Shown one piece after another: positions 33,624 to 39,439 of a stretch of 39,439 nucleotides of DNA. A program made the position numbers and the translations under genes. The stretch is from Bryobacteraceae bacterium (lineage in GTDB: Bacteria; Acidobacteriota; Terriglobia; Bryobacterales; Bryobacteraceae): contig JBGPSX010000001.1 in the NCBI GenBank assembly GCA_041490325.1, positions 1 through 39,439 on the forward strand, in the 5' to 3' direction. Each line of letters starts with the position of its first letter. Positions within the stretch are counted from its first letter, which is position 1. Under the pieces are notes generated by a model. That model was given only the letters and a program-made list of their open reading frames with translations, had not been told where the DNA came from and did not search any database.

Positions 33624-34664
33624 TTATTTCAATGTGGCCAGGTAATCCACTACCTGCTCCACTTCCCGATCGTTGAGTTGCATGCTCGGCATGTAGTTGC
33701 CCGGTTTGATGGTCTGCGGATCCCGGACCCAGGCGCGCAAATTCGCAACGCTGTTTGGCGTGGCTCCCGCTGCGATGGTGTCGCGGCTCATCAGATGCGA
33801 GAGATTGGGACCAAATGTACCCACGGCTGGAGTACCGCTTACCGTGTGGCAGTTGACGCATGAGAGCGAGACGAAGAGATTGCGGGCGCCTGTGGCGGAC
33901 GTGTCCGAGGCCGCTGTCGCTTTCTGCTGAGCCACCCATCGTTCGAAATCTTCCGGCGATTGAACCGTGACCCGAAGCAGCATGTTCGCGTGCTGTGTTC
34001 CGCAGTATTCCGAACAGTTACCCAGAAAGATACCGGGTACGCGCGGATCCATCCACATTGTGTTGGTGCGGTTTGGAATCACGTCGGTCTTTCCCGCAAG
34101 CTGCGGCACCCAGAATCCGTGAGCCACATCCGCCGATTGCAGCGTGAGCTGCGTCAACCTGGCCTGAGCCGAACTGCTGACGGGAACGTGGAGTTCGTTG
34201 GCTGTGACAACACCCAGCGCCGGATATCGAATCTCCCACCACCACTGATGACCGACCACGGTAACTTGCAGCACGTCTGAAGGCATCGGCCGATTCTGTA
34301 CGGCGGAAATCACGCGGGCGGTGGCCATCGTCAAGACCAGCACGATCAAAATCGGTATCACCGTCCAGGCGATCTCGATCTGGTTGCTGCCGGATACCTG
34401 GGCAGGTTCATGTCCATCCGAGGCGTCGCGATGACGGAAGCGGATAAGCGTGTAGGTCAACAAACCCGCGACGACCAGAAAAATAACGCCACAAATCGCG
34501 AGGGTGAGCATGGCGATGTCGTGAATCGACTGGGCCGGGGTCGAGGTGGGCTTGAAGATATTGCCGATTGGGAAAATCGGTTGGGCGCGCAAATGTCCGG
34601 TGAGAGCCCAACACGCGCCCAGCAATACCAGTCGCACAAGCACAACGAAATTTCGTTGTTGCAT
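33624..34664 (-). CDS. coxB: Cytochrome c oxidase subunit II with a fused C-terminal cytochrome c domain (caa3 type)
   Basis: The CuA site is DVAHGFWVP ... CSEYCGTQHANM. The C-terminal CVNCH ... NYMPSM is a haem-c domain. Two N-terminal TM helices. Confidence 0.95.
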   Translation of the reverse strand: MQQRNFVVLVRLVLLGACWALTGHLRAQPIFPIGNIFKPTSTPAQSIHDIAMLTLAICGVIFLVVAGLLTYTLIRFRHRDASDGHEPAQVSGSNQIEIAWTVIPILIVLVLTMATARVISAVQNRPMPSDVLQVTVVGHQWWWEIRYPALGVVTANELHVPVSSSAQARLTQLTLQSADVAHGFWVPQLAGKTDVIPNRTNTMWMDPRVPGIFLGNCSEYCGTQHANMLLRVTVQSPEDFERWVAQQKATAASDTSATGARNLFVSLSCVNCHTVSGTPAVGTFGPNLSHLMSRDTIAAGATPNSVANLRAWVRDPQTIKPGNYMPSMQLNDREVEQVVDYLATLK

Positions 34665-34846
34665 CGCCCCTGCACCTCCAACGTGAATTTACGTCCGCTG
34701 TGGTCGAGGTGGACGCCTGCCACTAGCTTCTGGAGCGAAAATCGATCACCAGGATTACAGACTTGTAACAAACAGCTTTGATCGCGTCAACGAGTATAAC
34801 GCTATGCCGCGATGCTGTGGTGAATCATGCGAGCTTTACGAGCGGC

Positions 34847-35527
34847 TCAGACGCGAACGGCCGGGCTCAACATCGCAGCGCTGCAATCCAGCAGCCCGCC
34901 GATCCGTTCTATGGTGACATCCGCCGGCGGATATTGCGCCACAGTCTTCGCATCGTGAGCATAGTGCCCTTGTCGCACGAAAACGGTGGTCACACGGGAC
35001 TTCCAGATCTTTTTGATCGCGTCCAAAATGCGCAGCTTGTCGTCTATGAGTACGTAGTGCTCCGCTGGATAACGAGCTTCAACATCGTCCAGCTCCTGCT
35101 CCTTGTGCACATAAATGAGCACGTTTCCATCGAACTGCTCGTAGAGACCCGAACGATATACCTTGTGCGGCTGAAAAACGACATCGCCGTCGGAGAGAAT
35201 CACGGGCTGCCCCATCTGTGCGACATGCCCGACCGCATCGAGCGAGTTGGGAAACAAGCGGTTCGCGAACGGATACCGCATCAGAAAATACGAGACTGCC
35301 AGCAGGTTGGGATCGTGCGGATTCTCGATCCGATAGCGCTGCAGAGCGCCGAGATAGTCGGCGTATCCGAGCTCCGAGCGAAGCTTCTCGAATAGCTGCC
35401 AGTAGAGCAAGGCCCGTTCATGGCCCACGTTCGCTTCAAGGTGGCGCTTTAAGTCGGCCGTGACATGGTCATTGTCCAGCAGCGTGTTGTCGACATCAAA
35501 GAGAAAGACAGTTTGGTTAGCCGGCAT
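34847..35527 (-). CDS. HAD-superfamily hydrolase
   Basis: VFLFDVDNTLLDND (DxDxT motif I), VILSDGD, and VLIDDKLRILD. ATG 35527 is preferred over the TTG at 35545. Confidence 0.8.
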   Translation of the reverse strand: MPANQTVFLFDVDNTLLDNDHVTADLKRHLEANVGHERALLYWQLFEKLRSELGYADYLGALQRYRIENPHDPNLLAVSYFLMRYPFANRLFPNSLDAVGHVAQMGQPVILSDGDVVFQPHKVYRSGLYEQFDGNVLIYVHKEQELDDVEARYPAEHYVLIDDKLRILDAIKKIWKSRVTTVFVRQGHYAHDAKTVAQYPPADVTIERIGGLLDCSAAMLSPAVRV

Positions 35528-35572
35528 GTTGGTCCGCTCCGCCAATTGTACTCGCGCTGAGCCTTCGTCCGC

Positions 35573-35845
35573 TCAGTATGGCTCGACAGCGGTCGCAAGA
35601 CGCCCGCGCAGCCAGAAGAAAAGCAGCGCTGCCATGAGTTGCATCGCCCCGCCAAACGTGACCAGCGCGGTGATCGATTGGTCGTACAACAGGCCCATGA
35701 CCGTGCTTCCCAGAAACCACATCATGCCCCAGACTCCGTTGAACGCGCCGAAGGGGTCACGCCCATCGCGCCCGCATAGTAAAGCGGTATGGCTGCCGGC
35801 GTGGGAGTGCCGTTTTTTGAAAATGAAAAGCGAGTAAGATGCCAT
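35573..35845 (-). pseudogene. Possible remnant of the last two TM helices of an MFS transporter
   Basis: GAFNGVWGMMWFLGSTVMGLLYD...ALVTFGGAMQLMAALLFFWLR resembles an MFS TM11-12. There is no upstream coding continuation; the space is occupied by an ABC gene on the other strand. Confidence 0.3.
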
Positions 35846-35912
35846 AGTCGCGCTTCGGAACAGACTCGCGCAAGACCTCGTTGAATCACGTACAATTCGG
35901 ATTCCTTCTCAG

Positions 35913-36614
35913 ATGCTGCTCGAAGCCAGGCGGATTTCCAAGCGCTACGGATCGAATCTCGTTCTCGAGGATGTCGGGTTTTCCGTTCGCAGCGGCGAGG
36001 TACTTGGGCTGATCGGCCCCAATGGCTCAGGAAAAACGACGCTATTCGAATGTCTCGCTGGTCTCATCCCTAGCGATTCCGGCGAAGTGCAATTCCAAGG
36101 TGACGTGCTGGAGCCACGGCGTCGCAAGCAGGCCCTGGCGTACTTGCCGGATGCAATTCGTCCTTGGCGCGATCAATCCGTCGAGTGGCTGCTGGGGTTC
36201 TTTGAGGCACTCTACAACCGGCCGAAGGGAGAGGGCGGGGAACTGGTGCGCCATCTCCAACTCGGTGGACTGATGAAATCGCGGATCGGATCGCTGTCGA
36301 AAGGCGAGCTCAAGCGAGCCATGCTGGCTGCCGGTCTGCTGGCGCCCCAACCCCTGCTGCTCTTCGACGAGCCCTTCGACGGTCTCGATTTTCGGCAGAC
36401 ACGCGAGGCCGTGGAGTTGTTGCGCAGCTATCCCGCAAAAGGCCGAACACTATTTCTCTCCATTCATCAACTCTCGGACGCGTCGCGTGTGTGCGATCGG
36501 CTGGTGCTCTTGAGCCGGGGACGAGTGGCCGGGGAGGGCAGCCTCGAGGAATTGCGCGCCCTGACTGGCCTTGTGGACGGCAGTCTCGAGGAGATTTTCC
36601 TTGCGCTCACTTAG
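35913..36614 (+). CDS. ABC transporter ATP-binding protein
   Basis: Walker A GPNGSGKTT, Q-loop, variant signature LSKGELKR, Walker B LLLFDEPFDGLD, and H-loop SIHQL. Confidence 0.9.
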   Translation: MLLEARRISKRYGSNLVLEDVGFSVRSGEVLGLIGPNGSGKTTLFECLAGLIPSDSGEVQFQGDVLEPRRRKQALAYLPDAIRPWRDQSVEWLLGFFEALYNRPKGEGGELVRHLQLGGLMKSRIGSLSKGELKRAMLAAGLLAPQPLLLFDEPFDGLDFRQTREAVELLRSYPAKGRTLFLSIHQLSDASRVCDRLVLLSRGRVAGEGSLEELRALTGLVDGSLEEIFLALT

Positions 36615-37917
36615 GTTGCTTCTCGGCAAGGAATTGCGGGAATTGCTCGCCTCGCGCGCTTATTGGCTTTTGCTGTCGATGGTCGGCCCCTTAGTGGGGA
36701 ACGCATTCATCACGGCGGTGGACTTGTACGCGGACGCGAGCGGTAAGCGCGGAGGTCCGGCCGCATTGGCGCAAGGCCTGTCTCCGCTGGACGGCATTCT
36801 GGTCCCGACGTTCGGCGCCTATGACCTCGCGGTCACGCTGCTTTTCCCGTTCGTCGCGATCCGGTTGGTTGCGGCTGAGAAAGACAGCGGGGCGTGGAAG
36901 CTGATGTTGCAGGCGCCGGCGACCCTTGGGACTCATCTCACCGCGAAGGGTTTGGCGCTGCTGATCGGATGGTTGATCGCCTGGATTCCAGGCCTGGCAA
37001 CGCTCGTGTTGTGGAACGTATACGGAGGATCGCTCTATGCTCCGGAGGTGCTGAATCTCTTGCTAGGGCACGTGCTGCGGGTGATTCTCAGCTCAGGTGT
37101 GGCTGTTACCGCGGCTGCAATCGCCAACGGAGCATCCAGCGCAGCCATCGCGACCTTGGGATTCACGGTGGGAACATGGGCATTGGATTATGTTGCAATG
37201 GCTCGCGGCGGAATCCTGCAGCAGGTGGCCGCTTATACTCCGGCCGCGGCCCTCCGGTGGTTCGAATTCGGGCTGCTGCGTCTGAACACCGTAGTCGTGT
37301 CCTTGACGCTCGGCTTGGCCGGATTCTCAATTGCTGGGATTTGGCTCAAGACATGGCTCGGGCTGCGAAGGCGACTTGGGGTGTCGTTGGTAACCGTCTT
37401 AGCGTTTGGGCTTCTTGCATGGTCCGGGTCGCGGCTGCGTCCTAGTTGGGACCTGAGCGAAAATCGGCGCAACTCATTCCCGGTCGCCGACGAAGCCGCA
37501 CTGCGCGGAATCCGGGATCCTCTGCGCGTCACCGTGTACTTGGCAGCCGAGGATCCGCGACTGGTCGACCTTGATCGCAGCATTCTGCGCAAGCTCGAGC
37601 GCACTCTTCCACACATCGACGTCGAGTACGCGGCGCAAAGCCGTTCAGGACTCTTCGAAGGCCCGGCCGATCACTATGGTGAAATCTGGTACGAACTCGG
37701 CGGGCGAAAGGAGATGAGTCGATCGACAACCGAGCCGATCGTTCTGCAGGCGTTGTACAAACTATCCGGGATTGATCCGCCCTCGCAGGTCCAGTCCGGC
37801 GAATTTCCAGGGCATCCGTTAGCTGCCGAGCCCAAGCTCGCAGCATTTGTTTTTTATGGATTTTGGCCCGTCGTTATCGCTGCAGCCTGGTGGTGGCGGT
37901 TTCGATATAGTAGCTAA
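36571..37917 (+). CDS. ABC-2/GldF-like permease fused to a truncated GldG-like (ABC_transp_aux) periplasmic segment and a C-terminal TM
   Basis: The N-terminus LGKELRELLASRAYWLLL is typical of ABC-2 permeases, followed by about 6 TM segments. Then DLSENRRNSFPVADEAALRGIRDPLRVTVYLAAEDPRL...LERTLPHIDVEY resembles the start of GldG-type auxiliary domains. Only TTG starts are available (36571, 36601, 36616). Confidence 0.7.
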   Translation: MWTAVSRRFSLRSLRLLLGKELRELLASRAYWLLLSMVGPLVGNAFITAVDLYADASGKRGGPAALAQGLSPLDGILVPTFGAYDLAVTLLFPFVAIRLVAAEKDSGAWKLMLQAPATLGTHLTAKGLALLIGWLIAWIPGLATLVLWNVYGGSLYAPEVLNLLLGHVLRVILSSGVAVTAAAIANGASSAAIATLGFTVGTWALDYVAMARGGILQQVAAYTPAAALRWFEFGLLRLNTVVVSLTLGLAGFSIAGIWLKTWLGLRRRLGVSLVTVLAFGLLAWSGSRLRPSWDLSENRRNSFPVADEAALRGIRDPLRVTVYLAAEDPRLVDLDRSILRKLERTLPHIDVEYAAQSRSGLFEGPADHYGEIWYELGGRKEMSRSTTEPIVLQALYKLSGIDPPSQVQSGEFPGHPLAAEPKLAAFVFYGFWPVVIAAAWWWRFRYSS

Positions 37918-37919
37918 TC

Positions 37920-38615
37920 ATGATACGGATTCTTGTTCTTGCCGCCATTGGCTGCGTCGCCTTTGCGAATTCAATTCGTGTCGACGTGACTCAGGACAAG
38001 GCGGGAACCGAGCCCACGCACTTTCTGTCCATGGTCGGCAATTGGGTGGTCGTACAGGAAGGCAACAAGAACATCCTGATGGTCGACGGCCGGCAATGGA
38101 AGAAGGGTCAACCGGCTGGAGGATTGGCCGATAAGGCGCGTCTCATCTACGGCGCGCGCCACGAGGAATTCATCGACAATGTCAAAGCCTTCGCTTATTT
38201 TCCGTACGCCGTGGCGCAAGGCGTCGAAGATTTCCATGACGGTGAGATCAGCATGCGATTCCAGATCGTCGACGGGCAACTGGATCAGTGCGCCGGCATT
38301 CTCTTCAACGTGAAGCCCAATGGCGATTACTTGACGGTTCGCTTCAATGGCAAAGAAGACAACCTGGTGCTGTGGACGTTCAACAAAGGCAAACGCAGTT
38401 TCGTCAAGCGCGGCACAGAGGACATGCCTTTGGCCTTGAAGAAATGGCACGCTATGAAAATCGCTATCAAGGGTACAAAGCTGGAAGGCTATCTGAATGG
38501 TAAGTTGCTGCTCGAGTACACGCTCGCCGAACCGGTTTCCGGGAAAGTGGGCGTGTGGTCAAAGACCGACAGCGTCAGCTACTTCGACGACTACACGGTA
38601 AATACGGCTCCGTAG
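37920..38615 (+). CDS. Secreted LamG/DUF1080-like jelly-roll protein
   Basis: Signal MIRILVLAAIGCVAFA. CAGILFNVKPNGDYLTVRFN..., WHAMKIAIKGTKLEGYLNGKLLLEY, and GKVGVWSKTDSVSYFDDYTV. The ATG is 2 nt after the permease stop. Confidence 0.7.
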   Translation: MIRILVLAAIGCVAFANSIRVDVTQDKAGTEPTHFLSMVGNWVVVQEGNKNILMVDGRQWKKGQPAGGLADKARLIYGARHEEFIDNVKAFAYFPYAVAQGVEDFHDGEISMRFQIVDGQLDQCAGILFNVKPNGDYLTVRFNGKEDNLVLWTFNKGKRSFVKRGTEDMPLALKKWHAMKIAIKGTKLEGYLNGKLLLEYTLAEPVSGKVGVWSKTDSVSYFDDYTVNTAP

Positions 38616-39191
38616 TTATTTCTTGCGAACCGGCTTGGGCGTCTTCCGCGGAAGAACGCGATAGTGAAGCCGCACCACGCCATCTGAAAAACGACGACAG
38701 GACTGTAGCGCCAAGGGGACGGTGCGCTGCCGTGGTTGTATGAGCGGAATGCCTTCGCCGATGAAGGCCGGGATCACGTGAATCACAAACTCATCCAACT
38801 CACCGGCATCCAGGAAGGAAGCGATGATCCCTCCGCCTCCCATCATCCAGATGTCCTTGCCGGGCTGGGCGCGAAGTCGTTGTGCGAACTTGCCGATGGG
38901 TTTATTCACGAACTCGACTCCAGCCGGCGCGGACGCTGGCGCCTGCGCATGCGAGAAAACAAAGTTTTTCAACTTGGGGCCGTACATTCCGGCCCCGCCA
39001 CCCATTTCCAGCCCGACGCCATACGTTTTTCGGCCCCACAAAATGGTGTCGATCGACCGGAAGAACGCGCCCATTCCATAATCGCCGGCAGTGCGGGGGC
39101 GATTCAGCCAATCGACGCTGCCGTCGGATCGCGCAATGTATCCATCGGCGCTGGTTGCAATGTAGGCGATGATCTTGCGTTCCTTCTTCAC
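38616..39191 (-). CDS. Dihydrofolate reductase-like (RibD C-terminal domain) family protein
   Basis: KIIAYIATSADGYIARSDGSVDWL, DTILWGRKTY, IWMMGGGGIIASFLDAGELDEF, and VIPAFIGEGIPL. GTG 39191 overlaps the upstream TGA (GTGA), so it is preferred over ATG 39236. Confidence 0.8.
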   Translation of the reverse strand: MKKERKIIAYIATSADGYIARSDGSVDWLNRPRTAGDYGMGAFFRSIDTILWGRKTYGVGLEMGGGAGMYGPKLKNFVFSHAQAPASAPAGVEFVNKPIGKFAQRLRAQPGKDIWMMGGGGIIASFLDAGELDEFVIHVIPAFIGEGIPLIQPRQRTVPLALQSCRRFSDGVVRLHYRVLPRKTPKPVRKK

Positions 39192-39439
39192 GGCTTTTTC
39201 TTGCGGCGCGCCTTGGGCCACTCGGTCGTGATCCATCGGACGCGGGTCTTCGACGCCTTGTTGTAGAACGCTTCGAAATCGAAGTTGCGTCCCATGTCCG
39301 GACGCGATCCGTCGATGTCGGTGAACTTGTACTCGCGCGACAACGCCCAGGAACTATACAAGCCGCCGGATTTCTCGAGCAGGCGCGGATCACTTGCGAG
39401 CGCCGCAACCGCGCGACCCACGAAATAGGGCGTCTCCGA
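39188..39439 (-). CDS. C-terminal part of an SDR-family oxidoreductase-like protein (5' end beyond the window)
   Basis: The ORF is open to the window edge. SETPYFVGRAVAALASDPRLLEKSGGLYSSWALSREYKFTDIDGSRPD resembles the C-terminal tail of a subgroup of short-chain dehydrogenases. Only about 83 aa are visible. Confidence 0.55.
   Translation of the reverse strand, partial: SETPYFVGRAVAALASDPRLLEKSGGLYSSWALSREYKFTDIDGSRPDMGRNFDFEAFYNKASKTRVRWITTEWPKARRKKKP

Noticed and set aside
35891-35896. TACAAT hexamer 17 nt upstream of the ABC ATPase start, considered as a -10 box
   Set aside because: There is no acceptable -35 at 16-18 nt spacing (GCGCAA). It would also leave a UTR of about 10 nt without a Shine-Dalgarno sequence. 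That is too weak to call a promoter.
1-39439. Search for tRNA/rRNA genes, transposases, integrases, phage genes, toxin-antitoxin pairs or defence systems
   Set aside because: No intergenic region is long enough, or cloverleaf-like enough, to hold a tRNA. None of the ORFs shows DDE/tyrosine-recombinase, Cas, restriction-modification or toxin motifs that I could recognise. The window therefore looks like core-chromosome metabolic and respiratory content rather than a mobile island.

Overview
This is a GC-rich, almost fully coding 39.4-kb chromosomal segment with about 40 CDS. I found no rRNA, tRNA, CRISPR array, transposase or integrase. The gene content points to Acidobacteriota, though this is an inference: VWFA-related acidobacterial-type proteins, a PadR regulator translationally coupled to a duplicated orphan MacB/FtsX (ADOP-type) permease, and many signal-peptide-bearing LamG/DUF1080, PIG-L and clan GH-A proteins. 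The blocks, from start to end, are as follows. (1) 846-7245 (+): a tightly coupled operon of APC permease, beta-propeller/alpha-helical protein, PIG-L deacetylase, DegT-type aminotransferase and a second PIG-L. (2) 7249-14148: secreted LamG/DUF1080 proteins, an ABM monooxygenase, a methyltransferase, a GH-A hydrolase with an FN3 domain, and two tandem short ceramidase-like paralogs. (3) 14122-18845 (-): PadR, ADOP permease, TPR protein and HAD hydrolase, with a recognisable sigma70-like promoter embedded in duplicated operator-like repeats. (4) 19105-21999 (-): pntAA-pntAB-pntB transhydrogenase. (5) A secreted hypothetical protein divergent from pgm, separated by a 106-nt near-perfect hairpin element. 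(6) 25152-34664 (-): a nine-gene, essentially gap-free respiratory operon. It joins a caa3-type cytochrome c oxidase, an uncharacterised membrane protein, a dihaem cytochrome c, a Rieske protein, a cytochrome b fused to a cytochrome c domain, a CtaG::FixG/CcoG-like fusion and a FixH/YtkA-like protein. (7) 34847-39439: a HAD hydrolase, an MFS remnant, an ABC ATPase with a GldF/GldG-like fused permease and a secreted LamG-like protein, a RibD_C/DHFR-like protein and a partial SDR. The most interesting candidates are the hard-wired complex III-IV operon with its novel CtaG-FixG fusion, and the 34-bp-armed hairpin element at 23392-23497. All functional calls rest on motif recognition by eye. No database search was run.
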